Counted from the stretch's first letter, positions 37,754 to 53,884 are shown. The stretch: DNA of 64,000 nt from Octopus vulgaris (GCA_951406725.2 OX597815.1:20708001-20772000); one strand, 5' to 3'. Made by a program: numbers and translations. Notes: generated by a model not told the origin, from the sequence alone.

Positions 37754-40676
37754 GTATATATATATATATGTTTATGTTTTCCAGTTTCAGCTCTTGAGCT
37801 GTGGCCATGCTGGGGCACCGATATATATTCTTATTCCTTTACCCTTTTACACTACCCTTATGAATTTCAATAAATCTTATTATAACAATTACGGGAAATA
37901 TATTTCAGGGTCCTTAACAGGCTCATATACTTTGATGTTTCTTCTCTAGCTAAGACAAATGTATGTTTTACTAATTTAGACGTTTCAGTCATGCGGCTAT
38001 GGTCATACTGAAAAACCACCGTAAATTTTTACCCTTTCCTCAACCCGCTTCTATATTGGTTTCTCCTGAGTGGATTTTAAAAACATACTGCTTATAAAAT
38101 CAAGCACAGTGTACAATGGTCAGCGCGGTCGCCTGGCAACTGCTAGATTGTTGTTTTAAGTTTTTATCTGTAGGCATATTTTTATTTTTTATCAAGTCTT
38201 TGTCACATTACGCCTCCACTCCAATTACCGAAATTAGTAAATGGAATAACACTACAATTATGTATTTCAACAAATCTTACGAATATTACGGTAAATATAT
38301 TTAGAGATCATTAACAGGCTCATAGACGTTGATGTTTCTTTTCTACCAAGGACAAATATTAGTTTTACTAATTCTATGAAGTTTTTAAATAATGTTTTAG
38401 GTTCCTATCTCATAATATTTATGACTCGTCTCTTATAATAAATTTCATGAAATAATATCCAAGTAAAAACTGTCGGATTTATTATTATTATCAAAATACA
38501 TTTAATTGATAGATTTTTCTCTAAATTACAATTTGAAATTTAGTAAAATATACATTATGATAGGATCCAGATCAGCCCTGACTGGAGTTAGACATAGATA
38601 TTTCATCCATGATCATCCAATGTTTTGCATATATTTCCCTTTTTTTTTATTAACGTATTTGAACGGAGATTTCGATCGACCTTGTAGAGATTACCTTATT
38701 GTTTGTTTAGTGTCCATTGCAGCCACTTCTGCAATGTTTAACGTACAGAACTTGTCTCAAGAACTGCTTCCCATACTAATTTTACTCTGAAATCAAGCAT
38801 TTTAGAATATATTTAAGACTTTATGCTAAATGTAATGGTATACCGAGGGTTTACATATTTTTAAAATAAATCAAAGCTTATTTTTTTTATTAATGAGATT
38901 TTCTGGCGATATATCTTAGAGAAACCATAACAATTGCTTTTATACTTCTGTATTTTTTTAATAAAATTTTATCTCGTCTCACTTTTCTATAAATGTGACA
39001 TGACTCATCATAGTAGACAGGAAAAAGATTTAAAGTTCCATTGGCCAGGAGCTAATCGGAAGGATAACGCTTAAAGAAGCCTTGGAACGGGAACAGAAAA
39101 TAGAAATTATGGGACTTATTTAACGTTTGTATTAAAAATAGTTTCGGTCTGAATTAGACTTGAAGGTAATTCAGTAAATAATTTCCGCATGTGAAAAAAT
39201 AGACAACTGCTAATCGCTGCTCGATGATTTTTATTGCTAGCAATAACCAGCAGTCATACATAGACCTGCTTCTAGTTTCTTATCGGAACAAAGACTGAAA
39301 TCGTATGAATATCCATTGTACATTTCTCCATTGTCAACAACTCGGACACTTTTCATGTTGAAGTGACGAATTTGTCATCTCAAGGATTCACTGAAACAAA
39401 TAATCGAAATGTAAGCAGAAAAAAAAAAACGTTTCTTTTTTTTCGTTTTTCTTTCTTTCTCTTTTTTTTTGTAAAAATGTATTTAGAAGGAGAATGATGT
39501 TGGTATATTTTGCGGTAGAAGTTTTCATTTACGAGCGAAGTAAATAAATTCAGTTTTAGTTATCATCTCAAATAACCGATTTCAGTTAGAAAGATAGAGT
39601 TCGGGAGTTGTCTGAACAAAATCATATGAAATATTTCTGTTTTTAAGATATGAAGGATGACATTTAAATAGTTGGAACGAATAAAAAAAATTATGAATTA
39701 CTTATTTGTGACAATGCAATGTTTTTACTAGTTCAAATATGCCAGTAGCGAGTTCGAATTCGTATGGAGAAAATTTCGAACTAGTAATAAAATTGCATTT
39801 ATACATACCACTGCTTAGCGCTCCCACCTCGTAATATTTGTGACGGTCTGTTAGCATCATTATTAATGTCCCTGCCTGTGTTATAACACACACAAAAAAA
39901 TACATTGACACTACCGTCTGTGCTTTGGCACAATAAATACAATTAATGTTTGTCTGTAAATTTTTTATCAGTGTACATACGTGGTAATATAGCTTACAAA
40001 GTGATCTAATGTGTATAGTTTTGAAAGTATTATATTCAGGTGGGAAATTATGAAGAAATGATTGGCAAGTGATTAATTACTCTAGTATCAAAGTAGCTGG
40101 GACACAGTTGATGTTGTTGGAATTTAGACAAATTCAGACCTGGTCAAGCAAACTTAGGATCAAAAGATTTGCAGTTGTGCCCATCCCATCAGTCTCTATA
40201 TATGAAACTATATTTTTTCAAAGTTCTTTTATTTAATGCGGTAAAGGGAGAAATTACTGCTATTTCTAGTAACCGATTATATAGCGATTCCTTCATTAGC
40301 TTCTTCCTCGCTAAAGCATAATTAAAAAAAAAAAAGTGTAGCATTTTTGCAAAATATAAGGGAAGAGCAGAAACCACACCAATAGGTCGAACAGCCTCTT
40401 CAAGACCGATCAAGAAAGAAAAAAAAAAACTTTCCACAACCCCAAGACTTTAACTTGTAAATGAGCGCAAGGCCTCAAATTTAGCAAATGAAGCTGTTCA
40501 CCTGGGAGCGTTATATAATTAGAATTGCTTTTATCTCGGTAAAACTTCATAGAATTCATATATTTATAATGAGTCGAACATACGTGTGTATGTGAATACA
40601 TATATATATATATACATATATACATATACACATATACATACACACACATATACATACACACACAAACACACACACA

Positions 40677-40747
<71 letters not shown>

Positions 40748-40825
40748 TGATTGATTGAAATGGTAAGACAACAAAAGTATGAAAGAGACCTCGATATTAT
40801 GTAAATAGAGAAATTTATCTGTAAA

Positions 40826-41047
40826 TATAATATGGGACAGTTATTCGGTAGCCATGATAAAACTCCGAATTTCGGATGTCGGGGTTGAAAACCACGCTGC
40901 CATCTCTTCAGTTATTGGGCCATCGAAAAAAAAAACGTAAATTATTTTTTTCGATGGCCCAATAACTGAAGAGATGGCAACGTGGTTTTCCGCCCCGACA
41001 TCCGAAGCTCGGAGTTTTATCATAGCTACCGAATAATTGCCACATAT

Positions 41048-41051
<4 letters not shown>
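40826..41051. repeat. ~225-bp near-perfect palindrome of a Penelope-like terminal repeat
   Basis: Arms 40826-40931 and 40945-41051; each arm contains a hammerhead motif. Confidence 0.9.
40857..40915 (-). ncRNA. Minimal type I hammerhead ribozyme motif
   Basis: Minus strand ATAA-CTGAAGA-GATG-[22 nt]-CATC-C-GAAA-TTCGGAG-TT-TTAT; plus-strand twin at 40962-41020 has GAAG. Confidence 0.6.
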
Positions 41052-41115
<64 letters not shown>

Positions 41116-44025
41116 GCTGAAAGTGCATTGTGGGTACTGGATTTGCAAACTCCTCATCAATGGTGCTTGGATGTCCTCCTCTTGTATCTTTTTAACCACA
41201 TAGAGTCCAGAGATTTCTCCAACAGATATATGTATGTATGCATATTATAGTGTCTCCTGTCGCTAGACGACGTATGAGGGTTCTGCGATTTCTTACTGAA
41301 CATCTACAAAGACGATTTGTTCATAGTGATGAAATGTTGGTGTTCATATAAGCTCACCCCCACCATCAAATCGACATTACCTGTACAGGTGCACCGTGTG
41401 CCACATGTCAGATGGCGAAATGATCGCAGAACAAAATGAAATGAAGTGTTTTGATCAAGAATACAACACAACACTCAGTCTGGGAATTGAAACCACGATC
41501 TCAAAATTGTGAATGCAGCACCCTAACCACTTAGCCATGCGCCTTTACGCATGCAATTCCATGGTCATTCATGACCATGGAAATGCACCTAGAAAGTTGC
41601 CCTCTGAGGTTAGAAAAATACAAGAGCATATCTATGGGCTACGGTAAGGAGTTTGCAAATCGACTTACCTCCTCTGCCGAAATTGCTGGCCTTATGTCAG
41701 AATTTGAAATCCTACTTATTGTTGTTGATTTTGTTATTCCCCAATTATCGATGATGAAAAGCTGGAAGAATATTTAAAGCAGTTGATAAAAATCCTTGGA
41801 GAATTTCGGCTGGCTCTTTGCATCTTGATTTCAAATCCTTACGCAGCCTTTTAAGGTCGATAAAATAAAGTACCAGCCAATTACTAAGGTGGATTACATC
41901 TGGGAAACTATCATCTCCGCAAAATCGCTGGCCTTGTGCCTAAATCAGAAACAATTATTATAGACCAGTTTATTCCTTTTAAAAATCAATAAATAATTAA
42001 TGTTTCGTTAGTTCTCCGGTCATTTATTTTTTGAAGTTCAATTGTTTTCATAGTTTTTGTTATTATTGATCTTTCTAAATTATGTTCATGAATTTGCTAT
42101 GACACTGAAAGTCTTTGTATAGGCCTTAAACAAAAATATTTTGTGTAATTGTTTTACTCTAAAAATCGTTAATTAGTCTTTTTTCTTCGTATTACAATTG
42201 ATGCTTTCTGTTTTTTAACAGACGTATTTTCTTGATTACTCCACTTTAAACAATAGACTTATTTGCATGCTTGTTTTCCTGGAGACCACAATTACTATAT
42301 TGTATAAAAGATTATTCTATGCGACACCATATGGGTTGCACGACTGCTGTTAACTTTCATAGTATTTATTGCGACTCTCGCTGAATCGTCTTGTTTGACT
42401 TCAATTCAGTAATCTTTTATACTAGTCACGGTAGCAATGGGGGTTGAGGTAGGGAAGGATTCTAATGAAATGGGTAACAGGATAAAGTTCTAGTGTGGGA
42501 GCAGACAGTGATGGAGGAAGGGCAAAGAATGGTCGATTGAGTCAGCAGGAAGGGATAGATGAAAAAGAACCGTATTGAGTTTTGAAAAAATAAAACTGGC
42601 TGCTTACACAGCTCTGTTAACTGTATTCAGAGATATTAGCCGAATACTCACGGCGCCATCTGTTGGATTCAGCAATCATTATCTGAAAGAAAGAGACAAG
42701 GACAAGGAGAGAAAAAGCGAGAGAGAGGGAGAGTATCAGAAAAGTGAAAGTATCAGAAGGAGAGAGAGGAGAAAGGGAGATGGAGAAAGAGAGAGAAGAT
42801 GGGGTGATGCATCTCTATACTTTCTGTATCACACTCAGAAGGCGAGACAGAATAACTGATAGAAGAGACAAATACCGCCCCGCTCCTTTATATCTTTTAT
42901 TCGTAGAATTTTATTTTAGAAGAGAAGCTTTTCATTCTTCCTTTCTTTCTTTCTTTTTAATTTATCTGTTACTTTTTTAAATTTTAGCTTCCCTTCCAAA
43001 TGAGGTGAGTGGAGTGAGGAGGTATTTATAAGAAATTTCTTTTTATTCCATTGTTTTATGTGTCAAACAATCAGAACAATTTGCATATTCAATAATGATT
43101 CCAAGCAGAAAGAGGATTACGTTGGCCTCTGTGTGCGTTAGTGTTCATAAGTAAAAGCAGCTTTTGAATTTCAATTTCGTGATTTTATATTAAAAAAAAA
43201 AAAAAGCAGAAAAAGGTTAAGAGTTTTCTCTCGGCCTCATCAATTTTAGGCACTGAGAAAAAAGACTTCATCATAGGAAAATCTCTTTAATTTCAGATCA
43301 ATAATCTTGTGAAAACATTCCATTTCTGTGGCTGCTCTCTAAGTGATAGCTGTGATACTCCTAATCCTTAAATTCATTCTGCTTAAAAACTGATATAATT
43401 CATTTTTTATTAAAATTGATGAATTATGCTTGAAAATGCGGATTAAAAATGCTGAATAAAAACGAAACAATATAAATAAACAATGATAAAGAAAATCCAT
43501 TTTTTGCTAGGTTTTCTTTCTTCTGTTTTTTTATTCTTATAAAAAAAAAAATCTAGCAGAAATATAGTGTAAAATTAGTCACGATCAAACAGCAATTCTG
43601 ATATTTTCATTCATAAATTCAAAGAGGAAATAACATATTCATTGACTACGGAATTGAAATTCATAAAGTCAAATATCCATTCCGTGGTCACAAGCAGCAA
43701 CTTTCTAGGAATTAGTTTTATGTTGGAACACGGAGAACATGGTAGGATGAGACGAACATATTGCACCTATGAACTTTTGCTGTCAGGTTAGATAGCAGAG
43801 AAATACACAATGATATGGATTATGTACAATACATGCATTACATACGATTCTCGATTCTCTCTCTCTCTCTCTCTTTATCCCTTCCACGTCTCTCCTGTCA
43901 GACAGAGATTTTTAAACACACATACATGCAAACGCGTATACATACACAAACAAATGCGGTAAACAGTCCGCGCGCTCTCTTTCATACACACTTACCAATT
44001 CGTAAGGTCACGTACACAAACATAT

Positions 44026-44085
<60 letters not shown>

Positions 44086-44124
44086 GTGACAGTGAAGGAG
44101 AGGAGAAAGAAAGACCGCAATTAC

Positions 44125-44600
44125 CTAAACACAGAGAGGACAAACAAGGACAGACAAACGGATTAAGTCTATTATATCGACCCCAGTGCGTAACTGGTAC
44201 TTATTTAATCGACCCCGAAAGGATGAAAGGCAAAGTCAACCTCGGCGGAATTTGAACTCGGAACGGAGCGGCAGACGAAATACCTATTTCTTTACTACCC
44301 ACAAGGGGCTAAACACAGAGGAGACAAACAAGGACACAAACAGATTAAGTCGATTATATCGACCCCAGTGCGTAACTGGTACTTAATATATCGACCCCGA
44401 AAGGATGAAAGCCAAAGTCTACGTCGGCGGAATTTGAACTCAGAACGTAACGGTCAATACTCTACTTGTACTTATTTTATCGACTCCGAAAGAACGAAAG
44501 TCAAAGTCGACCTCGGCGGAATTTGAACTGACTAACGCTAGACGAAATATGGCTACGCATTTCGCCCGGCGTGCTAACGGTTCTACCAGTTCGCCGCCCT
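44125..44600 (-). mobile_element. Tandem or nested cluster of three SINE family C pieces
   Basis: atcgaccccgaaaggatgaaag motif three times; junction gaaatacc|tatttctttactaccc. Confidence 0.85.
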
Positions 44601-44990
44601 CATGGAGCTAAATATTAGGGATTATGACTAACCAACACATAGATTTTATGATTATAAACGATCCTTAAATATATTTAGTATCGATTCCTATGGATTTGCA
44701 TTAATAGACGGCCTCAAGTATTCAGGAGTTTATAGTCCATTGACATCGATCCCTGTTCCGGGCCGGTAGTTTAGTTTTGTCAGAGCCAGAAGGATGAGTG
44801 AAAGACTAGTTGGACTTATGAGCGCTTAGAACACAAATATAAATAATTGTAATTAAAGAGTCTGTTACTCAGCGTCACACTGATTCTGTTACTTAACAGT
44901 TAATTAAATGAGCATCAAATACCAATTAATCTTATGAATATTTAATGTACCTTTCTAAGTAATGTTATATTTTCTGTTTATATTTATCAA

Positions 44991-45479
<489 letters not shown>

Positions 45480-46906
45480 ATAGATAGACAGATAGCCAGA
45501 CAGATAAAAGTGTGCATGTGTGTGTAGAGTGGGAGAAAAGAAGAAAGAGGTGCATTTAAGTAACCTTTAAAACTCTTATGTTGCACCTTAGTTGCGTTCC
45601 CTAGCTCTTTTGAGAAGGCAATTATATTAGTTAAGGTTTACAAGTGCTAAAGTATTATATATTATATATTACATTCCTGATAGCCGAGTGTATGTCATTG
45701 TTCATTCTCAATACTTAAATATCTATTTGCACTGTTAGGATTTTTATTCATATCTATCGTCCCGCCGAGGTCGACTTTGCTTTTCATCCTTTCGGAGTCG
45801 ATAAATTAAGTACTGATTGCGTACTGGGGTCGATCTAATCGACTGGCTCCCTCCCACCAAAATTTCGGGCCTTGTGCCTAGGGCAGAAAAGATTACTATG
45901 TATCGTCGTGTATGTAGTTATACTTCCCAAGTTATCTATCCTTTATCATTTATTATTTACTTATATCAGTTTAAGGAATGCGACCATGTTGGAATGTCGC
46001 CTCGAAGCTTTGATATAAAATATTCCTCCCGTGACTATCCCGTATTAGTTTGTCTTGGACTACATTACGCCATGGAATACATTTTTAAAAATATGGTTGG
46101 ATCTTATTTAAGTGAGATTTTGTGCCATTGCTAGAAAGTCGATGTACTCACTTTTCAATGTTCATATGTACAAAGGTATGTCAATATGTACGTGTATGTA
46201 TGTATGTATGTATGTATGTATGTATGTATGTATGTATGTATGTATGTATGTATGTATGTATGTATGTTCCGGTTTTGTTTTCCGAATTTCTCACCAATTG
46301 AGATAGAGCCTGTTTTTAACCCAGAAACAAGGGTGTGTGTATGAATTTATTTATGTGTGCAAGCCTATGTATATGTAAAGATGTATGTATATATATGTAT
46401 GCATATATATACGTATGTATATGTGTACGTATATATGTGTGCATGTATGCATATGAGCATGTATATGTGTGCATAATGTATGTGTGCCTGTTTATGTATG
46501 TATGTATGCGTGCGTTCGTGTGTGTATGTGTGTGTGTGCGTGTGTAGGTGCAGTGCATCTTTAAACGTAACTCATAGAAATGCAGTCCCGGTTCGTTAAC
46601 CCTGATGGAAGAACTTTGTATGGCCAGTAGTCTGGAACGGACTCTACACGAATCATTTCCACTTCATTCAAACTGCCTCTACGGTTTTGCTTGGTGATGT
46701 ATGAGAGAAAACGATAATCTATTGGTATTGTTTGTTATAACTTAAAAAATCTGCTGCCCACGTTCGTGCTTTTGTTATCATTGTTTCGTTTCCGGTGTGA
46801 TGTTAAGAAATCATGTGTGACCACATTGTACAAAATATTTATTCTATGTATAGGTGAGCGTGTGGTGTAGTTGTTAAGATATTCGGTGGTGTAGTGGTTA
46901 GGGTAT

Positions 46907-47857
46907 TGGGCCGTGACTGCTGGGGACATATATAAACTCGCAAAGAATGAAGCCAGTATGCTCTGCTGGATGTGTAACGTCAGTGTGCATACTCGACAGA
47001 GTGTAAGTGTCTTGAGAGAAAAGTTGGACCTACGAAGTATCAGATGTGGTGTGCAAGAAGGACGACTACGCTGGTATGGTCATGTGGTGAGAATGGATGA
47101 GGATAGAGGTGTGAAAAACTGTCACACCCTAGCAGTTGAGGGAATCTGTGAAAGAAGTAAACCCAGGAAGACCTGGGATGAGGTAGTGAAGCACGACCTT
47201 CGATCATTAGGCCTCACCGATGCAATGGCTAGTGACCGAGACCTTTGGAAATATGCTGTGCTTGAGAAGACCCGGAAAGCCAAGTGAGACATAACCTTGT
47301 GGCCTATGCCAGGTGTAACCAGCCCACTTATGCGTACCTTTCCTTCATTGGACACTAAACTCTGCTTGCGAAGACTTGTTGAGGCAAGTGAAGTCGAAAT
47401 CGAAATCAAATTCGATGACAGCACTGCATGACTGGTATCCGTGCCAGTGGAGCGCAAAGAGCACCATCCGAGCGTGATCGTTGCCAGGGCCGTCTTACTG
47501 GCACTTGTGCCGTTGGTACGTGAAAAACAACATTCGAGCCAGGTCTTTGCCAGCGTCGCCTTGCTGGCACGTGAAAAACAACAATCGAGCCAGGTCTTTG
47601 CCAGTGCGTGGTGGCACGTAAAAACACCATTTGAGCGTGGCCGTTGCCAGTACCACCTGACTCGCTCTCGTGCCAGTGGCATCTAAAAGCACCCACTACA
47701 CTGTCGGAGTGGTTGGCGTTAGGAAGGGCATCCAGCTGTAGAAACTCTACCAGATCAGATTGGAGCCTGGTGCAGCCATTTGGCTCGCTAGTCCTCAGTC
47801 AAACCGTCCAACCCATGCCCGCATGGAAAGTGGACGTTAAACAATGATGATGATGAT
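46907..47857 (+). mobile_element. 5'-truncated RTE-clade LINE (ORF C-terminus 46907-47287, 3' UTR, (GAT)n tail)
   Basis: EASMLCWMC..RLRWYGHVVRMDE..KPRKTWDEVVKHDL..ASDRDLWK; tail aacaatgatgatgatg. Confidence 0.9.
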
Positions 47858-47872
47858 ATACATACATACACA

Positions 47873-47907
<35 letters not shown>

Positions 47908-48506
47908 CGTGTGTGTGTGTGTCTAGCATTACTGTCACGGGCTTTGTCGCAGTTGCTTTACAAGGCATTAAAAAGTGACTGCTCTGGAATAAACGAAGAG
48001 AATTTCTTTGTTATTGAATGCATATGAAAATATCAACATAGAAAAAGAATATTGGCGGAACGTTCCCATCAAAACTTCTGTCAAGTGTAACCATAAAACG
48101 CCGGAAATTATTGTTTGGGATAAACAGGAAAAATATATACCGTCATAGAGGCCAGTTGCCCAGCTGACATGAAAATATCTTCGAAAACCAAAGGATAAGA
48201 GAATAACTAGGGACAAATTCGAAACTTCCAGCTCCTATATTAGATTACAAATTCACGTTTATACCAGTGATAATTTGTGCACTTGGTTCTGTAATGAACC
48301 TATTTGTGCACTTGGTTCTGGATGAGCTAGAGTTTTCAGAAAAAGAAAACAAGGATCTAATTTGCACGTTACAGATACAATCTGTTAGTGAACATTAAGA
48401 AGATGCAAGGCTTTTTTCGAGTTTAATAAATACATACAGACAGATATATAAACAGCATACAGACTGACATATAACCATACATACTGCCAGTCAGATATAC
48501 ATACAC

Positions 48507-48738
48507 ATTTCTTTACTACCCACAAGGGGCTAAACACAGAGGATACAAACAAGGACACACAAACGGATTAAGTCGATTATATCGACCCCAGTGCGTAACT
48601 GGTACTTATTTAATTGACCCCGAAAGGATGAAAGGCAAAGTCGATCTCGGCGGAATTTGAACTCAGAACGTAACGGCAGACGAAATACCACTAAGCATTT
48701 TGCCCGGCGTGCAAACGTTTCTGCCAGCTCGCCGCCTT
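48507..48738 (-). mobile_element. SINE family C, full length
   Basis: Highly similar to 3531-3765. Confidence 0.85.
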
Positions 48739-49271
48739 CAAACATACATACAGACATACATACAGGCAAACATACATACAGATATACATACAAACAGAGA
48801 CAGACATAGATAGATATGGATCATATATTGTATTCGTATCATGAGCTGTTTATATACATTTGCAGTAGCTTCTAAACGTAAGGTTTGTTTTCAACTGAAA
48901 GCATTCTTTCTGCAATCTATTCCTAACCATTATGAATTCATATATAAACTGACAGTGCCATCTATTAACTTTCTGTACTATAAGACCTTCATTACTCAAA
49001 CGTTCGCTGCCATTTTTTTCTTCTTCGCACTTAGCTATTTGTCTTTCCCTTTTCAATGACGATAATTTTGTAAACTTTTTCTACTCTATTTTTTTGTTCT
49101 TTAGTATATTGCTCGTCCCCCTTTAATGCATTCTTTGCATAATTTTTTTCTTTACTTCTCGTTTCAATCAGATTGTAGTCGGTATATATCCATCTTAGAA
49201 TGCAGGTTTTCAAAAATAAACGAAATCACTTCATCCTGCACGGGAAACATAATGGTCTGATGGGCCAAACG

Positions 49272-49298
49272 TTAATATCCTAATGGACGTTCGATTAC
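49272..49298 (-). CDS. Candidate terminal coding exon (VIERPLGY*) of an unidentified host gene
   Basis: Long polypyrimidine tract ending tttcaag, phase 0 compatible with candidate exon 61642-61725; no homology recognised. Confidence 0.3.
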   Translation of the reverse strand, partial: VIERPLGY

Positions 49299-49829
49299 CT
49301 TGAAAGAAATCAAAAAATAGGGAGGGGAGAAGAAAAACACAGAGTTAATAAGAAAAAAAAACTAGTAGAAAATATTAGGGATAAAAAAAGATTAAAACAA
49401 TTTGAAACTCTCCTTGGAAAGACAGATAAAAAAAAATAGCATAAATGCATGAAAAACGACGACAATTGAATAAAAACTAATCGAAGAATGAGAAATTGTT
49501 TAGCGAATGTAGTTTGTGTTGTTAGAAAATTGTGGAGGAGAGTATGGTGGCGATAATGAAGCTGGGTGGAGGATTTTATCAAACAAGCGAAGCAGGAAAA
49601 GTATGAAATAAGTGAATTCATTCAAAATGTGTTATATTCCTCGGAAGATGACAAGCAGCGTGTTTATAAGCGTGTATATTTACAAATATGTATATTTACA
49701 CATACAGATGTGTGTGTGTGTGGCCATACATATATATACATGCATGAATAAGTGATTTTCTAAGTATGGATACAACCGCAGTAACAATGTGTGTCTTATA
49801 TATACCAATATAGACAATACACGCACACA

Positions 49830-49909
<80 letters not shown>

Positions 49910-50451
49910 ACACAAACGCACATATGAACTATAAACGCAAAAGCATACGGAAATATGAACTGATTGGTGCGTTGCTTGCATACACATATATAAATACACA
50001 CACACAACACACACACATACAATGTATTCCATATATTATATAATATGAACAAATATATATACTTAAATGCATGCTGTAATTCAACCAATGCATACATATA
50101 TCTCATAGCAGAAGACAATTTAGAAAAATTGACGGAAATCAAAGACAGGAAGGCGACAGATGTACGGTGAATTGATGTTAAATAGTTATGATGTGCATGT
50201 ATACATAGGTTTATACATACATACATACATACATACATACATACATACATACATACACACACACTTACATACATACACACATACATACACAACTATATAG
50301 AAATATATATACACACAAAGATGCATCACAATTGTGACGCGCATATGTACATATAGGTATCTGTATATAAGTAAATATATGTATGTATATATAAATAACC
50401 ATTGTCACAAATATTTCTATAATATATGCATAACAACATAGACGCACTCAC

Positions 50452-50856
50452 TTAATGCATTTTCGTATAATTTTTTTCTTTACTTCTCGTTTCAATCAGA
50501 TCTCGTAGTCGGTATGATATCCATCTTAGAATGGCGGTTTTCAGACGAAATACCACGAAATCACTTCATCCTGCACGGGAAACATAATGGTTTCTGATGG
50601 GCCAAACGCCTTCAATATCCTACATGGACGTTCGATTACCTTGAAAGGCAAATCAAAAAATATAGGGAGGGGAGAAGACAAACAGTCAGAGTTAGATAAG
50701 AAAAAAAAACTAGTAGAAATATATTAGGATAAAAAAGATTAAATACAATTTTGCAATAGCTTCTCCTTGGAAAGACAGATAAACATACAAAATAGTGACA
50801 TAGATAAATGCATGAAAAACGTATTCGTATCAATTGAATGTTTAAAAACTAATCAC
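50452..50856. repeat. Indel-rich direct duplicate of 49123-49485
   Basis: Collinear match, differences mostly 1-3-nt insertions in this copy. Confidence 0.85.
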
Positions 50857-50862
50857 GACACA

Positions 50863-51944
<1,082 letters not shown>

Positions 51945-51959
51945 TATATATATATACAT

Positions 51960-52001
<42 letters not shown>

Positions 52002-52127
52002 TACAACTAGTTTAACCTCAAGCAGATTCTCTGCCAGCTGGTTTATGATGTAACGTTCTGCATCCTTTATATACTATATCGCTAGCTGGGGAAGCGAACC
52101 CTGCTAACCTCCATCAGCAAACAGGAT

Positions 52128-52173
52128 CGCGGGACCGGCCAGTTTCGAGCTAGTTGGCTCTTCGTCAGCCGCA
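52128..52173 (-). ncRNA. Minimal type I hammerhead ribozyme, intact core
   Basis: Minus strand TGCGG-CTGACGA-A-GAGC-caacta-GCTC-GAAA-CTGGCCGG-TC-CCGCG; GUC site at 52135-52133, near-palindromic helix III. Confidence 0.88.
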
Positions 52174-52498
52174 CACACCTGCGCAATGGATTGGAATCTG
52201 AGATTCGCTTCTGCCAACGATATATTGAAAACATCGGTCACTGAATTTTTGCAACAAGCAAAGTAACGTGACATATAGTAAACAGAAGAGCGAGTTGCCG
52301 CATCAAGGTGGCAGGTAAATGTTACTTCTAGTTTAACCCCAGGCAGATGGAGTGATAGCTAAGCTTTTTTTTCTTTTACAATATATCGCTGGCAGAAGCG
52401 GATCTTAGCTGCCACTTTGATGTGACAACTCGCTCTACTGTTTAGTGTACGTAACTACTCTATCACTTCTTGAAATTTTATAACTAGCTACGTTGCTT

Positions 52499-52639
<141 letters not shown>

Positions 52640-52762
52640 TATATATATATATGTACATATATATATATACATATATATATATACATACATATATATAGAT
52701 ATACATATATATATATATATATATATACATATGTATATATACATATATATATATATACATAC

Positions 52763-52793
<31 letters not shown>

Positions 52794-53057
52794 TATATCT
52801 ATATATATATATACATACATATATATACATATATATATATGTATACATATACATATACATATATATGTATATATATATATTTATATATATATATATGATG
52901 TATATATATAATGGGACGTGTATGTATTTGAGGTTACCCAGCCCCACCGCTTGACAACCGAACTACCGATGTTGTATGTAACGCGCGCGCGCGTACGCAC
53001 ACACATATATATAGATATGTGTGTGTGTGCATATGTATTCCTTTCTCTCTCACTCTT

Positions 53058-53091
<34 letters not shown>

Positions 53092-53884
53092 CATATGTAT
53101 GTATGTATATATATATACACACACGTATATAATGTTTCAATTTTTTCGAGGAGAAACTGGAAAAAGTTTGTCGCACATATGGATCACTGATTCACACAAC
53201 CACTCGCGCACACTTAAACTCATAGCAACACTGATTCAAATTTGTTGTGTAATCTTAACAAATATTTACTCTAACACTAACCACGAAGTTGACTGATAAA
53301 CAGAAAAAGAAACTCCTCTATATATGGGGCCAGCATTTGGAAGTCGTCTATAATTATTATTATTACCACTAATATATCAAAGATAGTGTTGTCTTGGAGG
53401 GTGGATATGTTTTTATCTACATATGTGATCAGTATTGGTAAGCATTTTTTTCATCGGTTTCGATGAGTATTCCAATTGCTCCGATCAAAGGAACAATCTT
53501 CTGGTGAAATTAACGTGCAAGTGGCTGAGTGCTCTACAGACACGCATAGCCTATTACCAGCTGAGTTTGACTGTAACCACGTGAAATAGTGTCTTACTCA
53601 AGGACGCAATGCACCACCGGGAAGCGAACTCATGACCTTATGACATGAGCCGATTACTCTAACCATTAAACCACACGTTTCCACATGTATTTTGTACTAC
53701 TAACTATTGCAACCACCAATATCATGAATAATTTTTGTTGATAGGTAATATGGGAATGTATGTATGTATGTATTCATGTATGTATGTATGTATGTATGTA
53801 TGTATGTATGTATGTATGTATGTATGTATGTATGAGTGTGGGTGTGTGGATATCTTTATACGTGTGCGCACATACACACGCACG

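Noticed and set aside
44125-44600. Regularly recurring motif suggesting a CRISPR-like array
   Set aside because: These are tandem SINE pieces with non-unique spacers in eukaryotic DNA with no cas genes.
49031-49213. ILRWIYTD resembles a BTB-domain motif
   Set aside because: Surrounding residues do not fit a BTB fold and the frame has no supporting splice sites; likely chance.
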